Shown piece by piece: positions 1 to 12,800 of a DNA stretch of 64,000 bases. Location of the stretch: positions 2,294,001 through 2,358,000 of the forward strand of contig OZ374564.1 of assembly GCA_977862235.1 (NCBI GenBank). The letters run 5' to 3'. This stretch comes from Dudresnaya verticillata. Lineage: Eukaryota. The notes beneath the pieces were generated by a model. That model was not told the origin of the DNA and searched no databases. It worked only from the letters and a program-made list of their open reading frames with translations. Position 1 is the first letter of the stretch. Every line of letters starts with the position of its first letter. The translations under genes were made by a program, and so were the position numbers.

Positions 1-3000
1 ACCGGATCCATTGGCCGCGATGCCTCCGTAATGACACCGCATACGATTGCAGTCAATACGTGTTCCGGTTACAACCTAATAGCCCGGGCTGCGTTACCCA
101 CCGGTTGGGAAGCGAACGCGTCCACGATGGAATCAGCTCCGAGGCTCGCGTCCGCTGATCGCACCCCGTTGCGACTCGATGGTATCGTTTACCTGACAGT
201 CCGCCTTGGGAACGTTCGATACCGCGTACCCTTCGTGGTTGCGGAGAAACTCGTAGTCGACGTTCTCCTTGGAACTTCGTGGATGGACGCGCATTTACGA
301 AGCATCGAGCTCAGCCCACGGAGGCTCATCATGAAGAGTGGAAGCACGATTCCGATTATCAACCGCATTACTGGATCGGCTCCGCCCGCTACTAATTCGA
401 AAAATCCGAAGCAGAAATTCGAGAAAACGCTATCGAAGCGACACCAACGTGAGCTCCACGATTGGGACCGAAATACCCGTACCATTCGTTTGAACCGCCG
501 CCACCATACCGAGTTATTCTCAGAAGCTAGTCACCGTAACCTCGGAAGCACTCGGACTAATTCATATCGAACCGAAGCCTTCGTTACAACACCGACACGG
601 AGTACGGTTAACGAACGGGATACACGAAGTCAGTCCGAATCGCGAGTTTTCGGCGTTGATGGCGAACTTCACGGATAAGCCTCGAGCTCTACCGAAGGGA
701 ACTGTCATCGGATACGCAGCTCGAAACCCGCTCGCGATTTTGACACCCGATCGCGAAGTCGCGGATTCGTTTGCCAAGGTGCTCAACATCTCTACGCTAC
801 GTGAGCACGACGACTCGAAGTCACCCGAAGAATCCGTATCCACGAAGGAAAAGCCGCTCACGAAGGGCGCCGCGACTGCAGCAGCAGAAGCCAATTCGAG
901 TTCCCACGATTGGGAAGAACGCGTAGACCTTTCGAACATACCCGATGAAACTATGCGAAACGAGGTCCTCGAGATGCTACGTAAGCACGAATCGATGTGG
1001 AACGGAGACCTCGGAACGATCGCAGCCACGGAGCATCGGATCGATCTACAACCCGGGACTCGACCTATTCGTTCGATTCCCTATCGTCAAGGGCCCGCAA
1101 TACGTGAACTCGTCCGTAACGAAATCGACAGTATGCTCGAAGCCGGAGTAATCAAACCAGCCACCTCGGAGTGGGCGTCCCCCGTAGTCCTCGCACCGAA
1201 GAAAGACGGAACACTTCGTTTTTGCGTAGATTACCGAAGACTCAATACGAAGACACTATCCGACGCGTACCCACTTCCCCGGATGGAAGATTGTATCGAT
1301 TCACTCGGAGACGCTTCGATTTTCTCGACACTCGATTGTAACAGCGGGTACTGGCAGATTCTGGTTGCCCCGGAAGGCCGCGATAAGACTACGTTTACTT
1401 CGTTTCTCGGAACTTATCGTTATCTTCGTATGCCCTTCGGATTGAAAAACGCGCCCGCTGCGTTTCAACGCGCACTCGACATCATTCTATCCGGAGTCCG
1501 TTGGCCGTGCTGTCTCGTTTACCTCGATGACGTGATCGTTTTCTCCGCGAATCTTCGTGAACACATCGCGCATCTCGATCAAGTTCTCGCGCTACTTTGT
1601 AACTCCGGAGTTTCGCTCAAGATGAAGAAGTGCTTCCTTTTCCGAAAGCGAGTCGACTATCTCGGACACGTAACTTCCCCGGGGAAGCTGAGTATGGCCG
1701 AGAAGAGCTCCGAAGCATTCCGATACGTGGAGTTCCCGAAGACACTCACGCAAGTCCGTTCGTTCCTCGGCGCGTGTAACGTATACCGAAGATTCGTGAA
1801 AGACTTCGCCAAAATTGCGCGACCATTGACGAACATGACGCGAAAGGACGCGGATCCCGACTACGAGAATCCCACGGAGGATCAGGTTACCGCATTCGAA
1901 ACGCTCAAATGGAAGCTCGTGTCACCGCCGATACTCCGGTTACCGCAACTCGGGAAACGTTACATTATCGATACGGACGCGTCTGCGTATCAACTCGGAT
2001 GCGCGTTGCTACAGGAGCAAGATAACGAAGAATTCCAACCCGTGGGCTACTGGTCGTATTAATTAAACGATGCCGAGAAGAACTACTCCGCAACCGAGCG
2101 CGAATGCTACGCAGTCGTATGGGCGGTTACTTCGTTGCGTCCGTATATCGAAGGGACCCGGTTCACCGTGCGTACGTACCACGATGCGCTCCGATGTCTT
2201 CTTTCCCTTACCGATTCGTCCGGGCGACTCACGCGATGGAGGCTTCGCTTAGCCGAATTCGACTTCGAAATCGTGTATCGCCCCGGTCGCGTCCACCAGA
2301 TTCCCGATGCCCTCTCGCGATTGCTACTTCCACATCGCGAACAACCCGCAATCGACGACGAAGTTCCTACGTTTGACTCGGATCAAATCGCAGCGACGAA
2401 CGAAGAACGTTTCCGCAACGACATCACGAAAACCATCGAAAACGAAAGAGACCCGGTTCTCATTACTACGCGATCCCGCAATCTTCAATCGAAGACCACC
2501 GCGATTGGCCACGCCTCTACGCGAAAGACTACACCCGCGAAACGTGTACACCGAGCAGGCAATACGCCACAACCCACGGAGGTCACCACGGGTTCCGAAC
2601 GCCACAATCATACGTGCCACGAAGGCTGCGAACACGAACACGACGCAGAACTACGTGATGAATACGCAGGACAAAAGGATGTCTACGATGACTGCGATTT
2701 ATGGGACGATATCGATGACGATGATCCGTTTGACCTTTATCGAATTGACCCCAACGAAGAACCGAGTGACCTCACCGACGTGAAAACCGTGGACCTACCT
2801 GCGCCGATTACGGTAACCGAAATCCTCGAAGGACAACGTATTGATTCGTTCTGCCAAACGGTGCAATCACGAAAATCGAAAACGAAGGGTAGTCTCTTTC
2901 ACGAAGATGGCGACGGTCTCCTGCGACGAACGCACCCAACGATTCCGAAGCTCACGCAAATCGTATTGCCCGAGACGCTCCGACCTCGCTTGCTCACGCT

Positions 3001-4352
3001 GGCGCATCATTCGTTACTCGCTGGCCACCCGGGGAAAAATCGTATGTTCTACTCACTTCGTGAAACGTATTACTGGCCTTACATGGCAGCCGATATCGCA
3101 TCCACGGTTCGCAATTGCAAACATTGCGCAAGGAATCGAATCTGTCTCCGAAGAAATCTTCATCGCTTGAAGCTCTTCCCCGCTACGCGCCCACTCGAAT
3201 CGGTCGCGATTGACATTTAGGCTCGTTGCCACGTACGAAATCCGGACGCAAGTTCATCCTCGTGATTACGGATCGATTTACAAAGTTGACCCAGGTGGCC
3301 ACACTACGAGTAATAACCGCGTATCACCTGGCCGTTGCCTTTTGCGAAGTTTGGGTATTCAAGTATGGACCGCCAGCCTCGGTGCTCTCGGATAACGGGA
3401 AACAGTTTACTTCGAAGTTCTTTCAGGGCGTCTGTCGCTTTCTCGGGTTATCGAACGTGTTCACCTCTGCATATCATCCGCAAACGAATGGACAAACCGA
3501 ACGATATAACCGGACTATCCTCGCGATGCTTCGTAACTACGTGAACGATCACCAAAACGATTGGGACCGCTACGTCTCCGCGTTGACGTATTCTTACAAT
3601 TGCCACGTTCATCGGTCTACGAAGACAACTCCGTTTAATCTCGTTTTATCGCGACCGCCGCCCGAATTCACCGTCAAACATCGCTCCTGTAAGCACCGAC
3701 CGAAACCTGCGGAGGACATTCGAAACGATTTCATTAAGCGACTCGATGTCGCAATCACCTCCGCAAGAACTTCGTTACAACGTGTGCAAAACCGATACAA
3801 GCGCGACTTCGAGAAACGCATCCGACGCACGAAGAGTCGCATAAAACCCGGAGACTACGTGTTCCTCGATACCCACGATGGGAAAACGAAACTTCCGAAG
3901 TTGAAATCCCCGCGGAGGGGCCGTACAAAGTGCTCTTCAACGATACGCGAACACTCGTAATCGATCGCAAGGGCCTCGTTGAACGTGTCTCCGCGGACCG
4001 CTGCATCTACGCGCCATCACCTACGAATTCGCGACCGTCGATTACGCGACCCGAAGACATTGCGGAAAAGGTCAACGAAGGCCCCGAGTACTTTGTAGAT
4101 CGTATCCTCGATCACTCGACAGACGAGGACGGGAAATTCGTGCTTCGTATCAAGTGGGACGGCTACGCGACGCCTACGTGGGAACCTCGTACGCACGTGC
4201 CCGAAGAACTCGTTTCGCGCTACTTCGCAAGGCTCCGAAGCCAAGCGGACCCGCGTGATCCCGTGCTACTCGCCCACGAATGGCTCTCCGACTGGGACCC
4301 CGAGTGGTTCCGTGGCCCCGACTTCGTGATCCGCCCCACGCAGCCCGAATAA
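1..4352 (+). pseudogene. pol: Gypsy pol (protease, RT, RNase H, integrase, chromodomain), disrupted
   Basis: Protease-like VNTCSGYNLI; RT LRFCVDYRRLN and YLDDVIVFS; RNase H IIDTDAS; integrase HH..GHPG..CKHC, SDNG, HPQTNGQTER; chromodomain EYFVDRILDH..KWDGY..PTWEP. In-frame stops at 2060-2062 and 3218-3220; frameshifts near 500 and 3910. Confidence 0.95.
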
Positions 4353-5670
4353 TTATTCAGCGTTAACGCGTACGCCCACTCGAGTTACACGGCACACGAG
4401 GCTCACCACACGAACCGCCCGGCGCCCCGCTACGTTCTTGCATCATGTGCTGATCGCGAAAGTGCTCATTTCGATTGCCCCGGAGCATACGTTTGCATGA
4501 TACCGCTACGCGCCTCTCGTGCCCCAACTTCGTGGTACTCGACTCCGTATTTCGCGACGCGCCTTCGTCGCACGAAGACTGCCCCGATAAACACGGATGC
4601 CTCGGAGCAGACGACCGCCACCCCGCAGATGCCGCTACCGCAGCTGCGCAATTTCGATGGCACGCCAACGCAGCCCCCGGCGGCAACCCGCAGTCTTTCC
4701 CGCAACTTTCCCGAAGTCGACTTCGACACAGCACGCTCCGTGATCGCCATCTTCGCTTCGCTCGACCCGCACCGGATTGCGTTCGTCGCGCCACTCCTCG
4801 GCCGCCCACGGTATGGCACCGAGGTCCTCGGAGACGACACGCCACCGCATCAACGATACGCGATCACGAAGCCAATGCCCCCACGAAGTTGCGCTCCACG
4901 CCGTCGGGCGGTGTCGACCACCCCCGCCACAACTCAGCGCCCCTCGTGAAATCCGCAAAGGCGCACCGCGCGCACCCGGTTGCACCGCGGCACTCGCATT
5001 ACAGGAGCTGACACCACGACGGACGGACACGGTGAACTATACGTAACTTGTCATACGCGCCTGACGTCATGCTTCGAGGCCGATGCCACCCGCAACGCGC
5101 ACTTCGACTTCGAAACCCGCGCCTAACTTGCGACACGGAGCTCACCTGTTATGACGCGCTTTCGCAACGACCACGGAGTCCTCGTTGTCGCCAAGCGCAA
5201 TCCTCTCGCATGGCCTCGGCGCCCCATTACGCATACGTTCCGCCCGCACCGATGCGCCCCCGAAGCAGCTCGCCCACGACAGCCCCGGAGCTCACGCGAC
5301 TTGCCCTGCGCGATCATCGCAACACCCGCACAGCTCTCCGAGGAGCGCGTATCCGCAACCCACCCCCCCAAACACGTTGGCGCGGACGCCTTCGTCTTGA
5401 GGAGGGGGCCGTGCACATGAAATTCTGAAGTCTCGATGACCCCGCCATTCGAGAAGCGAAGCTGCGATTTCGAATCCGTTTTGTCTCCGTGATTCCCGAG
5501 GTCTTCGCGGACTCCGAAGTCCGAGTCAATCGCGATCCGCAACTCTCGGTTTGTCGCGGTCGGACCACATCGAAATTCTGCGCTTCGTATTACATCGTTT
5601 GCACACAGGCCACGCCAATTCGTAAATCCGTAACCCGCGACCGGGACGTTCGCTCCTGAGGAGGGGGCCG

Positions 5671-6514
5671 TGTGGTATAGACGCTATCCGCGAAACGGTT
5701 CCGTGGTCTACGTGAAAAGAATCGAGAAATACGAATTTCGAAATGACTCGGTGAATGCGCACGCCACGATGGCAAACGTATTACAGTGCGCATACTGTGC
5801 GCGCGCCACGATGGCATTCGCATTACAGCACGCACGTGATACAAAATCGCTGACACCTCCGGACGAATCCCGAGCCGACTTCGTGATCGCGCGCTCCACG
5901 ATGGCATTCGCATTACAGTGCGCACCCGATACGAAATCGCTGACACCTTCGTGACTTTCCCGTTGTTTCCCGCGCGTAACGGCACCGGGGCCCACGAGAC
6001 ACGCGCACCTCCGTATGCATCGCTGGCGCACTTTGCAACCGCCACCATACGTGAGGCGACCGTTCGTTGGCACCGAGGCCGTTACGAATCATTCGAGTAC
6101 GAACCGTCTCCCGCGTTGACGCGCATTCGTGCTCACGTAGTATTACTTAGCCAGTCGTCTGGCACAACCTCCGAGGGTTTCCGGTAAGCCACTAGCGCCC
6201 GGACCTCGGAGTCTTCGGTAAACGCCTGTTTCTTCGAGTTCAGTGTCTTCGTCTTCGTGACCGCGGATACGGTCGAGCCTCGCTTTCGATAGCCCCGCGC
6301 ACCCGGAGTCATCCCCCGGTGATCGATCGCTCGAGTTCTCCCTTCCGCACACGAATACGTCGACACCGTGGTCCTTCGTGTTGGTCGCTCCGCTCTACCA
6401 CGCTACCACCCCTTTTCGTTTCTCCGTTAGGCTACGAGGCCATTCGTTAGGCTCCGAGGCCATTCCTTACAGTGCGAGACTTCCCCGCATCACCGTGGAC
6501 TTCGTTATACCACA
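5671..6514 (+). repeat. 3' LTR of G1 (844 bp)
   Basis: Begins TGTGGTATA directly after the PPT and ends TATACCACA (9-bp terminal inverted repeat). Confidence 0.9.
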
Positions 6515-7436
6515 GTAAGTAGGTTCTGGTAGAATTCATCAGGATTTATTTCACCCCCCGGTAGGTCTTGTTTCTCTCGGAAATATGGTTTCACCTGCTG
6601 ACTGTTATACCTCTCTTTGTCTTTGGTATCTGTATTGTCAACCGTAACCATTCTCCCATCGAGTCGAAATCAAGGACCCTTTAAGGTCCGAAGCACTTGT
6701 TTCTCCATTTCTCTTCCCTTGCAATGAGAACTTCATCTCCCGGAAGATAGATTCGATCAGCTGCCAGAGGAACGCGATGTTGTTACGCGGCCAGTACCCT
6801 TCGTTCAGAAATAATAGTGTTCATTTCCGTGCGAGCTTCGTTGAGAATGTTCATGCGTTCCTGTTGCGATGGCATGTTCGAATTGACGATTGGAAATCGG
6901 GGGATAATTCCGAATGCGAGTAGGGATGGTACTAATCCATTTTCTCCGATTGTATCATTCATTGCTTTTACACCAAGCTTAAGGATAGTATTTGGTGATT
7001 CTTGAGGGTGATTATGGCGGACTTTGTTATATATTCGTCTTAATGGGCCATGCATTCTTTCTCCTATTTGACTCACGTTCGATGATGCAACTATAAGACG
7101 GGCAATTGCACTGTTACGTTCTGCGTCGGTCGTATAGAGCATATTAGGTAGTCCATAGGCGATTCGGTTGTTATCAGGATGCTGCTGATATACTAAGCCC
7201 TTCAGACTAAGGTAATCGCGGATAATCCTAAATAGTGTGGTCGGGCCTCTCAACACATCCTCATCGTATAAGGTTTCCACAGGAAAGTCCTCGCGGAGAG
7301 CTGAAATGGTCTCTCCGTCAGGTGGCTGTGGGTCGGCTGAAACGTGTACAGCGAGTGCCGCTTTGAGATCCTGCTGAAAATCCGTGCTCTGGGAATACCC
7401 ATTTAATTGACTTCTGATGGATGTTAAAGTCACCGT
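6515..7436 (-). mobile_element. Internally deleted Ty1/Copia (GalEa-like) remnant: putative gag N-terminus fused to integrase C-terminal half
   Basis: ORF 7433-6783 ends with GERMHGPLRRIY..VKAMNDTIGENGLVPSLLAFGIIPR, typical of GalEa-type integrase; it continues past a stop and is cut by the G1 LTR. Identifying the N-terminal half as gag is inference. Confidence 0.72.
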
Positions 7437-7600
7437 TTTTTCTTGCCTTTTTGTGTGTTTTTTGTTTTAGACTATCTCTACTTTGTGTTTTTTTCTATTT
7501 GTTTTTTTGTTTTTTGTTTTTGTTTTTTTCGTGTCCTTCCTTCCTTTTTCTTTCCGTCTCTTTTCTCGCTTTTTCCTCCTCCTTTTTTTTCTTTTTTTGA
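7437..7600. repeat. Low-complexity T-rich tract (A-rich on minus strand)
   Basis: Directly visible runs of T with interspersed C and G. Confidence 0.8.
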
Positions 7601-7616
7601 AGTGTTTAACTACTTA

Positions 7617-8262
7617 CTACTTATAATTGAACCTGGCGGCGAGGTCTTGATTACGAGCGCGTTGTAGCGTATTACTGTGCTTCTTGCCTATAATATGCTT
7701 TTCGTAGCCGTGCTTAGAAATAAAGGACAAATCGCAAGGTTTGCAACAGTGTTTCGCACGCGCGTCGCGGATTCGGTCGAGTTCCTTGCGATGCGCGATA
7801 CCGCCTAGGTGGATGGTGTATTGGTGCCGGTTAACAAACCAGCGAACACAGTCCTTGCACTGAACGCGGCGATTTTGTCGACGGCGAGTCTTCTCGATAG
7901 TGCGAGCAGCGCGCAGTATTGTTGAAGACGAGGCAATAGGTAGTGTCTTCAGCTGGCGCTGTGTCTGCTCCGGTTCTTGATGAGAAGTATTATCCGATTC
8001 TGAGTTGAAGATTGAGGTAGAATTAATACTCGTCGTGCCGGCTTGATGCGCTTCTTCTTCTATTAATGGTTGTGCAGTAGGTACTTCGTAGCTTGATGAT
8101 GAACTTGACGATTCGATACCGGCCCTCCTGCGTTGCTCTCGAAGAACAGATGGGTCGTTAGAGGCTCGTTTCAAACGCGCCACTAAAAGAAAATAAAACG
8201 TTAGAGTCCCACGTAATTAATTCCTGATAGAGACGCTTTGATACAGCAAGTATCAACTTACT
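7617..8262 (-). CDS. 188-aa protein with two C2H2 zinc fingers (U1/matrin, zf-met-like); ATG split by a 79-nt intron (8261-8183)
   Basis: CKDC..F....QYTIHLGGIAH and CKPC..SF....GYEKHIIGKKH; donor GTAAGT (8261-8256), branch point CTAAC, pyrimidine tract, AG (8184-8183); splicing gives AAAC-A|TG-GCG. Confidence 0.7.
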
Positions 8263-9543
8263 GTTTTCTAATACCGTTTGTTGTCTATGATAGACCAAAA
8301 AAATTCTGAGGGTTGCTACTCCAAGGAATACCAGTCAGTGGTTAATTCCTTGAAGAAACAGTAGCCCGAAACAAATAATAAAAGAAGTCTTCTTGCGATC
8401 GACGTATAATCCGGATTGTCGTCAAATCGGCTTGGGTTTGTCCACGGAGGTGGACGGGTCATGGCGTTGGGATGATAACCGGCCCTACTCGACGGTATGT
8501 AGTCGGGAGGGGTCGGGGCACACGCGGGGGCCGGTGCGTATAGTGCCGGGTAGATAGCGACGGCGGCCGGTGAGCTGACGAAGTTCTGGAGAGGTGCAGT
8601 TGGTAAAATTCTTCGTGCCGGGAAGTAGGGAGCTTCCCGGTTCACGGCAACTTTATAGTCCTGTAGCGCTAGGCTTGACTGTGTAAAACTAAACGGAGAG
8701 GGATAAATTAGAGGGCGCCACCCAGGAATGGGTCTAAACACTACCAAATAGAAGCTATTCCTACAGCGTGGAGTTGGCCTCGCTGTCCAATGTTTGTCTA
8801 AGCGACGGTAAAGTAAACTGCATGGGTGACCTTGCCCATATTCTATAGTGGAGGAGGATAGAGGTATCAATAACACCTCTGTTTCCTCCTCTTTTTTCTT
8901 TTTTTTGACTTTGTCATACCATCTTTGCAAATACCGTTAGAGATAGGATCGTTCCCCTGCTTGCCTGGCTCCTTATTTCCGAATTTCGAACTGCCTGATC
9001 TCCGAGATCACGGCTCGTGATGCCCAACCCAGGATCTTCACCCCACTCTCGCGCGCTGCGCCCGCGCCCTCAACGCCCCGCAGCCCACCCCGCGGCACCT
9101 GCGACGAATGCAGCCTAGACAATGTAGTGCCAGGGGTGGAACAGTATATTGCAATGCAGCTCCGATAACAACAGCAGAGGAAATAAAATCAAGTTTAGTG
9201 TATAGTTGCCTTAAGGGATATATTTTGACTGTCATTTTAGCTAAAACAAACCTTGCTTAGAAATAGAATAGCATTGGCGGGCAAGAAGAAGGGCATTTAA
9301 GCCGCCGCCTCTCGCCACGACTTGCACCAAAAGAGGCAGAACAAAACAGGAGCAACACAAACCACCGACAATAAAGACACCCTGTCTTGAACACAAATCG
9401 CACTATACGCCCAAGAAACTGGCGTGTGCCCCCTCCCTCACGATTTGACGACACATTCATGAATTAATGAATTGAATGAATGAATTCATGAATTCATGAA
9501 TGTAGTCTAATCATGGGGGGAGCGAAGGCCAGTTTTGTGGGCA

Positions 9544-9854
9544 TGTAGTGCGATTAAGGGAAAACAAAGAAAGCAAAAAGGGGTGATACGGTGGTAGAGC
9601 GGCACGACCGACGCTGAGTACCACGGTGTCAACGAATACGTGTTCGGAAGGGATAAGTGCGAGCAATCGATCACCAGAGATAATCCGGGTGCGCGAGGCT
9701 ATTGAAAGCGATACTCAACCGTATCCGCGTACACTAACTCGACGACACCGAGAAACGAAGAAGGGGAAGTTTGAAGTTTGTAAAATACTCCAAGGTCCGG
9801 GCGTTAGTTGCTTTCCAGAAACCCTCTAATGTCGTGCCAGACGACTGGCTAAGT
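9544..9854 (-). repeat. Partial LTR related to the G1 LTR, inverted orientation
   Basis: Reverse complement aligns with about 6145-6420 (shares ACTTAGCCAGTCGTCTGGCAC, GCGCACCCGGA, GCTCTACCAC); ends ...CACTACA on the minus strand. Confidence 0.75.
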
Positions 9855-12800
9855 GCTTCCTTTTCCGAAAGCGAGTCGACTATCTCGGACACGTAACTTC
9901 CCCGGGGAAGCTGAGTATGGCCGAGAAGAGCTCCGAAGCATTCCGATACGTGGAGTTCCCGAAGACACTCACGCAAGTCCGTTCGTTCCTCGGCGCGTGT
10001 AACGTATACCGAAGATTCGTGAAAGACTTCGCCAAAATTGCGCGACCATTGACGAACATGACGCGAAAGGACGCGGATCCCGACTACGAGAATCCCACGG
10101 AGGATCAGGTTACCGCATTCGAAACGCTCAAATGGAAGCTCGTGTCACCGCCGATACTCCGGTTACCGCAACTCGGGAAACGTTACATTATCGATACGGA
10201 CGCGTCTGCGTATCAACTCGGATGCGCGTTGCTACAGGAGCAAGATAACGAAGAATTCCAACCCGTGGGCTACTGGTCGTATTAATTAAACGATGCCGAG
10301 AAGAACTACTCCGCAACCGAGCGCGAATGCTACGCAGTCGTATGGGCGGTTACTTCGTTGCGTCCGTATATCGAAGGGACCCGGTTCACCGTGCGTACGT
10401 ACCACGATGCGCTCCGATGTCTTCTTTCCCTTACCGATTCGTCCGGGCGACTCACGCGATGGAGGCTTCGCTTAGCCGAATTCGACTTCGAAATCGTGTA
10501 TCGCCCCGGTCGCGTCCACCAGATTCCCGATGCCCTCTCGCGATTGCTACTTCCACATCGCGAACAACCCGCAATCGACGACGAAGTTCCTACGTTTGAC
10601 TCGGATCAAATCGCAGCGACGAACGAAGAACGTTTCCGCAACGACATCACGAAAACCATCGAAAACGAAAGAGACCCGGTTCTCATTACTACGCGATCCC
10701 GCAATCTTCAATCGAAGACCACCGCGATTGGCCACGCCTCTACGCGAAAGACTACACCCGCGAAACGTGTACACCGAGCAGGCAATACGCCACAACCCAC
10801 GGAGGTCACCACGGGTTCCGAACGCCACAATCATACGTGCCACGAAGGCTGCGAACACGAACACGACGCAGAACTACGTGATGAATACGCAGGACAAAAG
10901 GATGTCTACGATGACTGCGATTTATGGGACGATATCGATGACGATGATCCGTTTGACCTTTATCGAATTGACCCCAACGAAGAACCGAGTGACCTCACCG
11001 ACGTGAAAACCGTGGACCTACCTGCGCCGATTACGGTAACCGAAATCCTCGAAGGACAACGTATTGATTCGTTCTGCCAAACGGTGCAATCACGAAAATC
11101 GAAAACGAAGGGTAGTCTCTTTCACGAAGATGGCGACGGTCTCCTGCGACGAACGCACCCAACGATTCCGAAGCTCACGCAAATCGTATTGCCCGAGACG
11201 CTCCGACCTCGCTTGCTCACGCTGGCGCATCATTCGTTACTCGCTGGCCACCCGGGGAAAAATCGTATGTTCTACTCACTTCGTGAAACGTATTACTGGC
11301 CTTACATGGCAGCCGATATCGCATCCACGGTTCGCAATTGCAAACATTGCGCAAGGAATCGAATCTGTCTCCGAAGAAATCTTCATCGCTTGAAGCTCTT
11401 CCCCGCTACGCGCCCACTCGAATCGGTCGCGATTGACATTTAGGCTCGTTGCCACGTACGAAATCCGGACGCAAGTTCATCCTCGTGATTACGGATCGAT
11501 TTACAAAGTTGACCCAGGTGGCCACACTACGAGTAATAACCGCGTATCACCTGGCCGTTGCCTTTTGCGAAGTTTGGGTATTCAAGTATGGACCGCCAGC
11601 CTCGGTGCTCTCGGATAACGGGAAACAGTTTACTTCGAAGTTCTTTCAGGGCGTCTGTCGCTTTCTCGGGTTATCGAACGTGTTCACCTCTGCATATCAT
11701 CCGCAAACGAATGGACAAACCGAACGATATAACCGGACTATCCTCGCGATGCTTCGTAACTACGTGAACGATCACCAAAACGATTGGGACCGCTACGTCT
11801 CCGCGTTGACGTATTCTTACAATTGCCACGTTCATCGGTCTACGAAGACAACTCCGTTTAATCTCGTTTTATCGCGACCGCCGCCCGAATTCACCGTCAA
11901 ACATCGCTCCTGTAAGCACCGACCGAAACCTGCGGAGGACATTCGAAACGATTTCATTAAGCGACTCGATGTCGCAATCACCTCCGCAAGAACTTCGTTA
12001 CAACGTGTGCAAAACCGATACAAGCGCGACTTCGAGAAACGCATCCGACGCACGAAGAGTCGCATAAAACCCGGAGACTACGTGTTCCTCGATACCCACG
12101 ATGGGAAAACGAAACTTCCGAAGTTGAAATCCCCGCGGAGGGGCCGTACAAAGTGCTCTTCAACGATACGCGAACACTCGTAATCGATCGCAAGGGCCTC
12201 GTTGAACGTGTCTCCGCGGACCGCTGCATCTACGCGCCATCACCTACGAATTCGCGACCGTCGATTACGCGACCCGAAGACATTGCGGAAAAGGTCAACG
12301 AAGGCCCCGAGTACTTTGTAGATCGTATCCTCGATCACTCGACAGACGAGGACGGGAAATTCGTGCTTCGTATCAAGTGGGACGGCTACGCGACGCCTAC
12401 GTGGGAACCTCGTACGCACGTGCCCGAAGAACTCGTTTCGCGCTACTTCGCAAGGCTCCGAAGCCAAGCGGACCCGCGTGATCCCGTGCTACTCGCCCAC
12501 GAATGGCTCTCCGACTGGGACCCCGAGTGGTTCCGTGGCCCCGACTTCGTGATCCGCCCCACGCAGCCCGAATAATTATTCAGCGTTAACGCGTACGCCC
12601 ACTCGAGTTACACGGCACACGAGGCTCACCACACGAACCGCCCGGCGCCCCGCTACGTTCTTGCATCATGTGCTGATCGCGAAAGTGCTCATTTCGATTG
12701 CCCCGGAGCATACGTTTGCATGATACCGCTACGCGCCTCTCGTGCCCCAACTTCGTGGTACTCGACTCCGTATTTCGCGACGCGCCTTCGTCGCACGAAG

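Larger units (their letters stand above)
1..6514 (+). mobile_element. Ty3/Gypsy chromodomain LTR retrotransposon 'G1', 3' part (5' end outside window)
   Basis: pol domains in Gypsy order PR-RT-RH-INT-chromo; PPT GAGGAGGGGGCCG at 5658-5670; LTR 5671-6514. Confidence 0.93.
1628..9854 (+). repeat. 8223-bp tandem duplication, copy 1
   Basis: Every ORF from about 2070 to 9830 recurs with identical translation at +8223; junction has 4-bp microhomology AAGT (1628-1631, 9851-9854, 18074-18077). Confidence 0.95.

Noticed and set aside
4353..5660. Many overlapping 70-180 aa ORFs on both strands downstream of G1 pol, as a possible antisense accessory gene
   Set aside because: GC/CpG-rich sequence yields ORFs in all frames; no recognisable motif or single dominant frame.
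7443..7667. Phe-rich 74-aa ORF resembling a membrane protein
   Set aside because: Translation artefact of a T-rich tract.
8316..8930. 204-aa minus-strand ORF (and its duplicate at 16539-17153)
   Set aside because: Non-ATG start, low-complexity Pro-rich translation and no domain; probably non-coding leader sequence.
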